Origin: Alphaproteobacteria bacterium
GTDB lineage: Bacteria > Pseudomonadota > Alphaproteobacteria > Bin95
Direction of reading: 5' to 3'
DNA length: 64,000 nt
Assembly: GCA_964291285.2 (NCBI GenBank)
Contig: OZ219786.1
Coordinates: 736,001 to 800,000 of the forward strand
The notes under the pieces were generated by a model. It was not told the origin of the DNA. It did not search any database and saw only the letters and a list, made by a program, of their open reading frames with translations. A program made the translations under genes and the position numbers. This document shows positions 42,752-52,210 of this stretch, piece by piece (within the stretch, counting starts at the first letter, position 1; the number at the start of each line of letters is the position of its first letter).

Positions 42752-44447
42752 CCTAAATCCGGCAGTTGACGAGCTTGATCGCTGTCTCGGGGTAGTGTGA
42801 ACGGTCGGATTTGGGCGTGGATTTCAGCACGTGGTCGCGGCCCTGGGTGGCGGCAGCCAGGGTTGACGCCCCGGTTCGCGGCCATGGAGGTATTTCCTGA
42901 GCGCCTCGGCGAGGATGCGGCGCCAGCGATCCCCGGCGCTCAACTGCTCCGCAGTTTGCGTCAGCGACCGGAAGAAGCCGGCGATCCGGCGCAGCGCCGC
43001 CATCACCGTCTTGCGACGCCCGTGATGGGAGGTCACCGTCAGCCGGGTCTGGCCGGCGTGGTGGGTCTGGCGGGCAACCCCGTGCAGGAGCAGCGGCCGG
43101 CTGGTGATCGCCTCGCGGTGATGGTCGGGGTCGGCGAGGCGCACGAACAGGCTCCACCAGTTGTAGATGAGCGCGATCAGCCGGGCCATGTGCCGGCAGC
43201 GCGTCAGGTCGCGCGTGGTGAAGCCGCCCCAACCCCACTGGTTCTTCAACTCGTCGAAGCCGTTCTCCGCGTCCGCCCGGTCGCGGTAGAGCTGGGCCAG
43301 CGAGCGTATCTCCAGGTCCAGCGAGGTCGCCAGCACCGCGAACTCCCACACCCCGGTGCCGGGCTGCGCCTCGGTCCAGAACAGCTCGCCCTGGGCCTTG
43401 TCGCCACGCGTCAGCGCCAGCGTCGCAGGAAGCCGCCGACGCAGCACCACAACCCGGCGCGTCCGGCTCCAGCCCTGCAGACGCAGATCGGCCCCGATCC
43501 CCGACCAGCCCTGGCCTGCATCCTCCCAGCCGTCCCGCACCATCAGCCGCTCGGCAAGCCGGCGCGCCCCCTTCGTCAGGCGCAGCTTGAACAAATAGTC
43601 CAGACCCGCAGCCTCGCACGACGCCATGTTGGCCTCGCTGCCCCAGTCCTTATCGCCCCGCACCAGACGCGGCCAGCGATCCCGACCGAGACGGTCGAGC
43701 AACGCCCACAAGGACGGCGCCGCGCGCCTCGAATGGTGATGGTTGCCCGGCGCCACCTCGACATCCAGAACAAGCCGCGTGCCCGCCATCAGGAACGCAT
43801 GGCAGGCATGCGAGGGGCGGCCCGGCTTCTTCGGGTTGTAGCTCACAACCGCCCCCTCCTGACGACCGTAAAGCGCCTTGATCGTCGTGTCGCAGTCCAG
43901 AACCCACGGCTCCCTCAGCAGCGGACGGACCACCTCGTCCAGATGGCCCTGAAGCCACGATGTGCCGACATCCGCACCGATCCGCTCCAGACCGCGCCGC
44001 ACCGAATCCTCGCTCGCAACCTTGTCCATACCCAGCAGCGCAGGGTTCACCCCGTCGCCGCGCAGCGACGTGATGTGCGCATAGCGAGACTGCCCCGCCA
44101 GAACCGACAGAAGAACCGTCCCCAGGACATCCCGCTTCGACGGCGCGTTCGGGCTCGTGTAGTGCAGCGGGCAGTCCGCAACCAAAGCGTCAAAGCGACC
44201 GCTTACCTTCAGGTATTCCGAGAAAAACGCCAGATGCCCCAGCGGCGTCACCGCCGCATCAGGGTCCCATTCCACATGAACCGCGCCGCCGAAGGTGTCC
44301 ACCTTCACCGACGCTCGGGCGACATCCCGCACAGCGCCAGGATAATCACCCAAAGGGTGAGCCTCTTCGGCCCCTGAAAAGCCGCTCATACCCGCAGACT
44401 ACAAGGGATTCGGCAAGGCCAAGCCATCCTCAACTGCCGGATTTAGG
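42752..44447 (-). mobile_element. IS1380-family element, copy 3 (1696 bp, inverted)
   Basis: IR CCTAAATCCGGCAGTTGA; GTGAA TSD at 42747-42751 and 44448-44452. Confidence 0.9.
42824..44389 (-). CDS. IS1380-family transposase, intact (521 aa)
   Basis: Uninterrupted ORF with Tyr at codon 59. Confidence 0.88.
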   Translation of the reverse strand: MSGFSGAEEAHPLGDYPGAVRDVARASVKVDTFGGAVHVEWDPDAAVTPLGHLAFFSEYLKVSGRFDALVADCPLHYTSPNAPSKRDVLGTVLLSVLAGQSRYAHITSLRGDGVNPALLGMDKVASEDSVRRGLERIGADVGTSWLQGHLDEVVRPLLREPWVLDCDTTIKALYGRQEGAVVSYNPKKPGRPSHACHAFLMAGTRLVLDVEVAPGNHHHSRRAAPSLWALLDRLGRDRWPRLVRGDKDWGSEANMASCEAAGLDYLFKLRLTKGARRLAERLMVRDGWEDAGQGWSGIGADLRLQGWSRTRRVVVLRRRLPATLALTRGDKAQGELFWTEAQPGTGVWEFAVLATSLDLEIRSLAQLYRDRADAENGFDELKNQWGWGGFTTRDLTRCRHMARLIALIYNWWSLFVRLADPDHHREAITSRPLLLHGVARQTHHAGQTRLTVTSHHGRRKTVMAALRRIAGFFRSLTQTAEQLSAGDRWRRILAEALRKYLHGREPGRQPWLPPPRAATTC

Positions 44448-44538
44448 GTGAAGCCGGCAGGGCGTCAACCGGGCAGCAGTGGAACAAGTCCGGGCATGAC
44501 GAGAAGAAGACATGGGTCCCAAATCGAGGCCGCCGGTA

Positions 44539-45858
44539 TCAGACGCCCGCGGCGAAGAGCGCGAGGCCGGCGAGCGCGGCGGCGGCCAGCGTACGGAATG
44601 CGCCGAGCTTCAGCACGAAGAGCGCGACGGCGGCGAGGGCGGCCAGCGCGAGCGCCTTGAGGTCGAGGCTTGCCGGGTCCGGCAGATAGACGGAGACGGG
44701 GCCCGCTTGCGCGCGCGCGCCCTCTGCGAACAGCACGTTGAGCGCGAACCAGGCCGAGAGGTTGGCGATCACGCCCACCACGGCGGCCGTCACGCCGGCA
44801 AGCGCGGCCTGCAGTCCGGGCCGGCCGCGCAGCCGCTCGACATGCGGGGCGCCGGCGAAGATGAACAGGAAGCAGGGCGCGAAGGTGACCCATAGCGTGA
44901 GCCCCGCGCCGAGCAGCCCCGCGACCAGGGGGTCGAGCCCGCCCGCCTCGCGCCATGCCGCGAGGAAGCCGACGAATTCCACCACGAGGATGAGCGGCCC
45001 CGGCGTCGTCTCGGCGAGCCCGAGCGCATCCAGCATCTCGCCGGGCGCCAGCCAGCCCCTCGCGGCGACGGCCTCCTGCGCGACCCAGGAGAGTACGGCG
45101 TAGGCACCGCCGAAGGTCAGCACCGCCATCTTGGAGAAGAAGACCGCGATGCCGGAGAACACATGCCCGCCGCCGAGCCAGGCCAGCAGCAAGGCGGTCG
45201 GCAGGAGCCAGGCCGCGAGCAGGACGAGCGCCGCCCTGCCCGTGCCGGCGGCGGCTTGCGACCGGGCCGGGGCCGCCGCCTCCCCTGCCCCGCTCCCGCC
45301 GCCGAAAAACGCCCGCGCGCCGCCCAGCAGCGCCGCCGCGGCGATGACGGTCGGGAAGGGCGCGTCGAACAGGAAGAGCGCGGCGAACGCCCCGCAGGCC
45401 AGCAGCCAGGCGAAACCGTCCCTGAGCGCCCGCGCGCCGATCCGGAGCAGCGCTTCCACCACCAGCGCCAGCACCGCCGCCTTGACGCCGAGGAAGGCCG
45501 CCTCGACCGCCGGCAGCCGCCCGTAGAGCGCATACACCGCCGCGAGCGCGGCCATCACGACCGCGCCCGGCAGGATGAACAGCAGGCCTGCCGCGAGGCC
45601 GCCGCGTATGCCGTGCAGCAGCCAGCCGGCATAGGTGGCGAGTTGCTGCGCTTCCGGCCCCGGCAGCAGCATGCAGAAATTGAGCGCATGGAGGAAACGC
45701 GGCTCGTCGAGCCAGCGCTTCTCCTCCACCGCGACGCGGTGCATGAGCGCGATCTGCGCCGCCGGCCCGCCGAAACTGGCGAACCCGATCCGCGTCCAGG
45801 CCGCAAGCGCCTCCCGGAACGGGACGGGCGCGGCCGGCGGCGGCGTCTCCGCGCTCAG
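44539..45858 (-). CDS. chrA: Chromate efflux transporter ChrA (long-chain CHR); probable CTG start
   Basis: IGFASFGGPAAQIALMH, LPGPEAQQLA, TFGGAYAVL, ETTPGP. The first motif lies upstream of the first ATG (45744). Confidence 0.88.
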   Translation of the reverse strand: MSAETPPPAAPVPFREALAAWTRIGFASFGGPAAQIALMHRVAVEEKRWLDEPRFLHALNFCMLLPGPEAQQLATYAGWLLHGIRGGLAAGLLFILPGAVVMAALAAVYALYGRLPAVEAAFLGVKAAVLALVVEALLRIGARALRDGFAWLLACGAFAALFLFDAPFPTVIAAAALLGGARAFFGGGSGAGEAAAPARSQAAAGTGRAALVLLAAWLLPTALLLAWLGGGHVFSGIAVFFSKMAVLTFGGAYAVLSWVAQEAVAARGWLAPGEMLDALGLAETTPGPLILVVEFVGFLAAWREAGGLDPLVAGLLGAGLTLWVTFAPCFLFIFAGAPHVERLRGRPGLQAALAGVTAAVVGVIANLSAWFALNVLFAEGARAQAGPVSVYLPDPASLDLKALALAALAAVALFVLKLGAFRTLAAAALAGLALFAAGV

Positions 45859-46607
45859 CCGTCCCAGACCTGCTCGGGAAGCGGCAGGCCGCGGAAGTCC
45901 CCGGCGCCGAGCGGGCCGTCGGTCTCGATGCCGAGCATGTCGTGGATCAGCATCAGCTGCCGCACATGCTGGGCCGGGTGCCAGACCGTGCGCTCGAACA
46001 CCTCATGCAGCGCGTGCGCGCCGTAATAGGTGTCCACCGGGTCCGGTTTCGGCCCCGACTCCCACCAGCGGGCGACCCGCGCGCGCACCTCCTCGCCATA
46101 GGCCACGATGTCCGCCACGGTTTTCATGTCGTCGGGCGGCGGCGCGGTCAGCGCCTCGTAGTTGACGGGCTCGCCGCTCTCCATCGCCGAGATCGTTGCG
46201 TCCGCAATGTTGAAGATGTGGTGGAACAGGACCCGGTAGGCGCGGTCGCGGCCGGGCAGCTTGTCGCCGAGCCGGTCGTCCGGCACCTGGGCCACGTAGC
46301 GCGCGGCGGCAGCGAGCACCATGTCGAGCTTCGCCGCCAGCTCGGGCATGGAGAGCGCCGGCCCCACATCCTCGTCGAGGCCGAGAAACGCCACCACGTC
46401 CGAGATCGCCTGGGCGAAGACGAAATCCCCGCCGCGCGAGACGACCGGGATGGAGCGCGCGCCAAGCTCGCGCAGCATGTCCATGCCGGTCGGATGGGTC
46501 GTCACGTCGATACTGTCGAACTCGATCCCACGGACCGAGAGGAACTCCTTGGTTCTCAGGCAGCTGGTTCAGCCGGGCCGCCAGAAAACCCTGATCGCCT
46601 CGCTCAT
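45855..46607 (-). CDS. Glutaredoxin-like/DinB-like fusion, candidate selenoprotein (UxxC) with TGA at 46571-46569
   Basis: AGGAGG RBS; MSEAIRVFWRPG-U-TSCLRTKEFL...SIPVV (Grx cis-Pro region) then FHHIF...TVWHPAQHVRQL (DinB-type His triad). Confidence 0.87.
46535..46559 (-). promoter_or_regulatory. SECIS-like hairpin of the Grx-DinB gene
   Basis: CUGA/UCGG and GAAC/GUUC stems, CAAGGA loop 17 nt after UGA; weaker than the other two hairpins. Confidence 0.45.
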
Positions 46608-46857
46608 GCGCGTTCCTCCTCAGCCGTTGCGCGGCCCATCATAAGCGCATCGCCCGCCCCCGGCCACGGTTTCCCGGCAGGCCCCGTCCGGCAGCGGGCC
46701 ATTGCTGCCCCGCCCGCTTCTCCCTCCGCGCCGTGTTCCTCCCCTCCCGCCGCCAATTTGGTACAGACCGGCGGCGCCAACGCCGCCAATCGTAACGTTC
46801 GCCGCGTCCAGCGCGGCGGCGGGCGAAGCCCCGCAACCCTCTGCGCGCGCCGCGAGG

Positions 46858-46893
46858 CCCTCCCCCGACCCCTCCCGCCCAGCGGGAGGGGAG
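46858..46893. repeat. REP-like palindromic element
   Basis: ccctcccccgacccctcccgc-cca-gcgggaggggag hairpin in intergenic DNA. Confidence 0.5.
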
Positions 46894-47001
46894 AAAAGCC
46901 GGCCGACCCCCGCTCGGCTTCGACAATTCGACAAGCCGATTGCGGCCCGCCCCTCCGTGCCCTAACCTCGCCCCAGGTGCGGAGAGGGGGTTCCCGACGC
47001 G

Positions 47002-47568
47002 ATGTCATTCCCGGCAATGCTCGAAAGGCTCGAGACCGGGCTTGCGTGGGTAAACGACCGCATGATGGTGGGCCTGAAATGGCTCGCGATCGTCCTGCTC
47101 GCGATCATGCTGATCATCGTCGATATCGCCGTGTTCATGCGCTACGTGATGAACGACGCGCTCGCCTGGTCGGAAGAGATCGCCAAGTTCGTCATGGTGT
47201 GGCTGACCTTCTTCGTGGCGCCCATCGGCTTGCGCATGGGCGCGCATGTCGGCATCGAGGTGATCCTCGGCCAGCTGCGCGGGCGGCTTCGCCAGTTCCT
47301 CATCATGATGATCTTCGCCGGCATCATCGCGCTCATGGTGGTGTTCATAAAGGAAGGGGCGTTCATGACCTGGAACGCCCGCATCCAGCGCGCCTCCACC
47401 ATCGATATCTCGATCTTCTACGTCTACATCTGCATGCCGGTCGGCAGCTTCGCCGTCGCGATGGTGGCGCTGGAATACATGGTCAACGCGCTCCGGGGCG
47501 TCATAGACCCGGCCAATGCGAAGCCGACGCTGACGCAGACGCAGCAGGACGCGGTCAGGGCGGACTGA
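47002..47568 (+). CDS. dctQ: TRAP transporter small permease
   Basis: Four TM helices; RYVMND..WSEEIAKF; GAHVGI. Confidence 0.9.
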   Translation: MSFPAMLERLETGLAWVNDRMMVGLKWLAIVLLAIMLIIVDIAVFMRYVMNDALAWSEEIAKFVMVWLTFFVAPIGLRMGAHVGIEVILGQLRGRLRQFLIMMIFAGIIALMVVFIKEGAFMTWNARIQRASTIDISIFYVYICMPVGSFAVAMVALEYMVNALRGVIDPANAKPTLTQTQQDAVRAD

Positions 47569-47589
47569 CGGAGGCAACGGGCGGAACCC

Positions 47590-48900
47590 ATGGGCGTCAC
47601 CTTCTTCTGGATATTCCTCGCCGCGATGTTCATCGGCATGCCGATCGTCTTCGCGCTCGGCTTTGCGCCGATGGTGGGCTTCCTGCTGGCGGAGAAGCCG
47701 ATCTTCCTGAAGATGCTGTTCCAGCGCACCTTCGCCGGCATCCACCAGTTCCCGCTGCTCGCGATCCCCTTCTTCATCCTGACGGGCGAGGTGATGAACC
47801 GGGCCGGCATCACGATGAGCCTGGTCAATTTCGCCAACACGCTGGTCGGCCACCTGCGCGGCGGCCTCGCGCACGTGAACATCGTCACCAGCATGCTGTT
47901 CGCCGGCATCAGCGGCTCCGCTGTCGCCGACACCTCGGCGGTCGGCTCGATCCTGATCCCGGCGATGGAGAAGGACGGCTACAGCCGCAAATTCGCCGCC
48001 GCCATCACGGCGGCCTCCTCGGTCATCGGCCCGATCATCCCGCCGAGCCTCATCATGGTGGTCTATGCCTTCATCATGAACGTCTCGGTGGCCGGGCTGT
48101 TCGCCGCCGGGCTCATCCCGGGGCTCATGGTCGGCTTCATGCTGATGTCGGTGACCGGCATCATCTCCAAGCGGCGCAACTACCCGAAGGCGCACAGCCG
48201 CGCGACCGTGAAGGAAGTCGGCACTGCGGCCTGGGGCGCGGTGCTGCCGCTGATGACGCCGGTCATCATCCTGGGCGGCATCCTCGGCGGCATCTTCACG
48301 CCGACCGAGTCGGCGGCGGCGGCGGCCTTCTATGCGCTGTTCATCAGCCTCATCGTGCTGCGCACGCTGAAGTTCCGCGACCTGCCGGACCTGTTCCTCC
48401 ACGCGGCCGTCACCTCCGGCGCGATCCTGCTGATCATCGGCACCGCGACGGCCTTCGCCGCCATAGCCAGCCTCTCGCAGGTGCCGGTCCACCTGTCCAA
48501 CTTCTTCTTCTCCATCACCAGCGACCCGCTGCTGCTGCTGTTCTTCATCAACGTGCTGCTGCTGATCGTCGGCATGTTCCTCGACGCCGGCCCGGCCATC
48601 CTGATCCTCGGCCCGATCCTGGCGCCGACCATGACGGGTCTCGGCGTCGATCCGCTGCATTTCGCCGTCATCATGTGCATCAACCTGACGATCGGGCTCG
48701 CGACGCCGCCGATGGGTCTGATCCTGTTCGTCGCTTCCGGCATATCGCGATTGCGCGTCGAGGTGATCGCGCTCGAAATGCTGCCGCTGCTCGCAGTCGA
48801 AATCCTTGCAATTTTTGTCGTGACCTATTTCCCGGTCATCTCCATGTCGCTGCCTTACTGGCTCGGCTTCACCAGAAACGCGCCGGGTTTCTTCGTGTGA
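47590..48900 (+). CDS. dctM: TRAP transporter large permease
   Basis: LLAIPFFIL, FAGISGSAVAD, IIPPS, FTPTE, TPPMG. Confidence 0.93.
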   Translation: MGVTFFWIFLAAMFIGMPIVFALGFAPMVGFLLAEKPIFLKMLFQRTFAGIHQFPLLAIPFFILTGEVMNRAGITMSLVNFANTLVGHLRGGLAHVNIVTSMLFAGISGSAVADTSAVGSILIPAMEKDGYSRKFAAAITAASSVIGPIIPPSLIMVVYAFIMNVSVAGLFAAGLIPGLMVGFMLMSVTGIISKRRNYPKAHSRATVKEVGTAAWGAVLPLMTPVIILGGILGGIFTPTESAAAAAFYALFISLIVLRTLKFRDLPDLFLHAAVTSGAILLIIGTATAFAAIASLSQVPVHLSNFFFSITSDPLLLLFFINVLLLIVGMFLDAGPAILILGPILAPTMTGLGVDPLHFAVIMCINLTIGLATPPMGLILFVASGISRLRVEVIALEMLPLLAVEILAIFVVTYFPVISMSLPYWLGFTRNAPGFFV

Positions 48901-48991
48901 CGCAGCGCCTGGAGGACATCCGGCCCGAAGACATCTGGCCGGAACACCGCCGCAATCCCGCGGCTTCGACTACTCCGAAGGGAGGAGGAAG

Positions 48992-50047
48992 ATGAAAAAA
49001 CATCTGGAACTGCTTGCTTCGGCCGGGCTGGGCCTGGCCGTCGCGCTCGGCGGAGCCGGCATGGCCGGCGCGGCGGATACGACGATCAAGATCTGCCATA
49101 TCGGCTCGACCGACGACGAGGACCACAAGGGCTCGCTCGTCTTCGAGAACTTCGTCGAGTCGCAGACCAACGGCGCGGTGGAAGTCGAGATCTACCCGGC
49201 CGGGCAGCTTTGCGGCAATTTCCGCCAGTGCCTCGAATCGGTCCAGCTCGGCACCTGCGAGATCACGGGAACGACCGTCGGCGGCATCGCCAACATCTTC
49301 CCGGAAATCCAGGTCACCGACCTGCCCTACATCTTCCCGAACGACCGCGTCGCCGAGAAGGTGATGAAGAGCCCGTTCATGGACGAGGTCCGCAGGGCGG
49401 TGCTCGAGAAGACCGGCACGCTGAGGCTCATGGGCCTCAACAATACGGGCGGCTGGCGCGACTTCTTCACCATCGACGTCACCATCAAGACGCCGGCCGA
49501 CCTTGCGGGCGTGAAGATGCGCACCATCGAGTCGCCGCTGCAGGTCGAGATGGTCAACCTGATGGGCGGCAACCCGACGCCGATTCCGTGGCAGGAGCTC
49601 TACACCTCGCTCGCCACGGGCGTCGTGATCGGCACCAAGAACGGCATCACCGACATCGTGAACATGAAGTTCCACGAATTTCTGAACCGGGTGACGCTCG
49701 ACCACCACGCCTACATGTTCCTGTTCTGGTGGATGAACGACGACTTCCTGCAGGGCCTTTCGCCCGACCTGAAGCGGGTTGTCGCGGCCGGCTTCCACCA
49801 CATGACCTCGATGGCCTCGGACGACCCGAAGTTCACGGCGCTCGCCGGCTATGCGGCCTTCAAGGAGAAGGGCGGCCAGGTCTATGTGCCGACGCCCGAG
49901 GAGAAGGCGCAGTTCGTCGAGTCCGTCCAGCCGCTGAAGCAGTGGTATGTGGAGCGCTTCGGCGACAAGTGGCTGAAGCTGCTTGAGGAATCCATCGCCC
50001 AGGCGGAGAAGGAAATCGAGGAAGAGGACGCGAGGCTGCTCAACTAG
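48992..50047 (+). CDS. dctP: TRAP solute-binding protein
   Basis: Signal peptide, VEIYPAGQL, DLPYIF, DLAGVKMR, PIPWQELYTSLATGV. Confidence 0.92.
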   Translation: MKKHLELLASAGLGLAVALGGAGMAGAADTTIKICHIGSTDDEDHKGSLVFENFVESQTNGAVEVEIYPAGQLCGNFRQCLESVQLGTCEITGTTVGGIANIFPEIQVTDLPYIFPNDRVAEKVMKSPFMDEVRRAVLEKTGTLRLMGLNNTGGWRDFFTIDVTIKTPADLAGVKMRTIESPLQVEMVNLMGGNPTPIPWQELYTSLATGVVIGTKNGITDIVNMKFHEFLNRVTLDHHAYMFLFWWMNDDFLQGLSPDLKRVVAAGFHHMTSMASDDPKFTALAGYAAFKEKGGQVYVPTPEEKAQFVESVQPLKQWYVERFGDKWLKLLEESIAQAEKEIEEEDARLLN

Positions 50048-50072
50048 ACAGCCGCCCCTCTTCCACCGACTT

Positions 50073-50108
50073 GCCCGCGGCCGGTCCCACCGGCCGCGGG
50101 CTTTCTTT
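50073..50108 (+). terminator. Intrinsic terminator after dctP
   Basis: gcccgcggccggt-ccc-accggccgcgggc followed by tttcttt. Confidence 0.78.
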
Positions 50109-50127
50109 GCGCGGGCCGGGGCGGCCC

Positions 50128-51051
50128 TCACGCTCCGGCCAGCAGCGCCTCCACCTCGGCGCGGTCGGGCATGGAGCCCGCCGTGCCCGCGCGCGTGACG
50201 GAAATGCCGGCGGCCGCGCAGCCGAAGCGGACGGCCGAGACCGGCTCCCGGCCCTCCGCCAGCGCGACGGCGAAGGCGCCGTTGAAGGCGTCGCCCGCGC
50301 CGTTCGTCTCCACCACCGGCCCCGCATTGAAGGCGGGCACCAGGGCCATGCCCGCCGGGCCGTCGAGCAGCGCGCCGCGCGCGCCGAGCGTGATGACGGC
50401 CGCGCCGGCGCCGCGCTCCCGGAGCGCGACCGCCGCCCGGCGCGCGCCCTCCTCATCTTCCACGGACAGCCCGGTGAGCGCCTCGGCCTCGGCTTCGTTC
50501 GGCGTCACATAGTCCGAGAGCCGGAGCATCTCGTCAGGCGCATCGGCAGCCGGCGCGGGATTGAGCACCGTCACCACGCCCGCCTCCCGCGCGATTGCGA
50601 GCGCCCGCGCCGCCGCCGGCAGGGGCTGCTCGAACTGGGTGACGAACACGGCGGCGGAGCGGATTGCGTCTGCCGCCGCATCGACATCCGCCCCGGAAAT
50701 CTCGGCCGCAGCGCCCGTGCAGACGACGATGGCGTTCTCACCCGAAGCCGCTTCCACCAGCACCGCAGCCGCGCCCGTCGCGGCCGTGTCGGAGCGCGCG
50801 ACCAGGGGCTCGACGCCCGCCGCCGCCCATGCCGCAAGCCCCATATCGGCGAAGGAATCGCGCCCGATCCGGGAAATGAACCCGACCTCGGCGCCGAGCC
50901 GGGCGGCCGCCACCGCCTGGTTCGAGCCCTTGCCCCCGGGGCTGAGCGCCACGCTCTCGCCGATGACCGTCTCGCCCATACGGGGCAGGCGCGGCGTGCG
51001 GAAGGTCGCATCGACGACGAAGATGCCGAGAATCGCAATCCGCGCGGTCAT
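50128..51051 (-). CDS. rbsK: Ribokinase (PfkB family)
   Basis: PGGKGSNQAVAAARLG, LNPAPA, TPNEAE, ETNGAGDAFNG. Confidence 0.88.
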   Translation of the reverse strand: MTARIAILGIFVVDATFRTPRLPRMGETVIGESVALSPGGKGSNQAVAAARLGAEVGFISRIGRDSFADMGLAAWAAAGVEPLVARSDTAATGAAAVLVEAASGENAIVVCTGAAAEISGADVDAAADAIRSAAVFVTQFEQPLPAAARALAIAREAGVVTVLNPAPAADAPDEMLRLSDYVTPNEAEAEALTGLSVEDEEGARRAAVALRERGAGAAVITLGARGALLDGPAGMALVPAFNAGPVVETNGAGDAFNGAFAVALAEGREPVSAVRFGCAAAGISVTRAGTAGSMPDRAEVEALLAGA

Positions 51052-51235
51052 GGAAACACCCTCAGGCCCCGGCCCGCAGAGGATGCGGCGCGGCACCCGC
51101 TGACGGCTTTGCGCTCATTGACATGGGGAGGGCCTCCGGGCTGTATTCCCGGCCAACCTAGCGGCTCGGGGCGCCGGCGAGAACCGCCCCGGCCCTTCGC
51201 ATACCGAAACGACGGAAACACGGGAGAGACGAGGC

Positions 51236-52204
51236 ATGGCCTATCGCGTAATGCTGCAGATGCCCTACACGGCGGGGCTCAAATCGGTGTTCGAGGGGCG
51301 CGACGATATCGCGGTCGAGCGCTTCACCGAACTCACCGAGGACAACATCCTGCAGCATATCGGCAATTATGACGCGGCGATCCTGGGCGTGGCGCCCTTT
51401 ACGCGTCGCATCATCGGCAACGCCGAACGGCTGAAGATCGTCGCCCGCCACGGCGTCGGCTACGACGCGGTCGATGTGCCGGCGCTGACCGAAGCGGGTG
51501 TGCCGCTCGCCGTCGTCGGCACCGCCAATTCGGTCACCGTCGCCGAGCACTCGCTGTTCTTCATGATGGCGCTCGCCAAGCGCGCGCTGCTCTACGACCG
51601 CGAGCTGCGCAAGGGCAATTGGGACATCCGCTTCGCGACGCCGGCCTATGACATTGCCGGGCGGACCGTGCTGATCCTGGGGTTCGGGCGCATCGGCCGC
51701 CGGCTGGTGCCGCGCTGCGTCGCCATGGGCATGAACGTGCTGGTCCACGACCCCTATGTGATCCAGGACGCGATCGCGACCGCAGGCGCAACGCCGGTGG
51801 AGGACTGGCGGGCCATGCTGCCGGAGATCGACTTCCTGTCCGTCAACTGCCCGAAGAACGAGGAGACGGACGGCATGGTGGGCGCCGCCGAACTCGCGGC
51901 GATGAAGTCCACGGCCTTCGTCGTGAACACGGCGCGCGGCAACATCGTCGATGAGAAGGCGCTTTACGACGCGCTCAAGGGCCAGGTGATCGCGGGCGCG
52001 GGCATCGACCCGTTCGTTATCGAGCCGGCCACGGCCGACGAGCCGCTGTTCGAGCTCGACAACATCATCGTCTCACCCCATTCGGCGGGCGTGAGCGAGG
52101 AGTCGATGTTCCGCATGGGCGCGGCCGCCGCGCAGAATGTCGTCGATTGCTTCGACGGCCGGCTCGACCCCGACAATGTCATCAACCGGGAAGTCCTGGG
52201 CTGA
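51236..52204 (+). CDS. D-2-hydroxyacid dehydrogenase (SerA-like)
   Basis: RHGVGYD, GFGRIG, NTARG, SPHSAG. Confidence 0.9.
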   Translation: MAYRVMLQMPYTAGLKSVFEGRDDIAVERFTELTEDNILQHIGNYDAAILGVAPFTRRIIGNAERLKIVARHGVGYDAVDVPALTEAGVPLAVVGTANSVTVAEHSLFFMMALAKRALLYDRELRKGNWDIRFATPAYDIAGRTVLILGFGRIGRRLVPRCVAMGMNVLVHDPYVIQDAIATAGATPVEDWRAMLPEIDFLSVNCPKNEETDGMVGAAELAAMKSTAFVVNTARGNIVDEKALYDALKGQVIAGAGIDPFVIEPATADEPLFELDNIIVSPHSAGVSEESMFRMGAAAAQNVVDCFDGRLDPDNVINREVLG

Positions 52205-52210
52205 CCGTCT

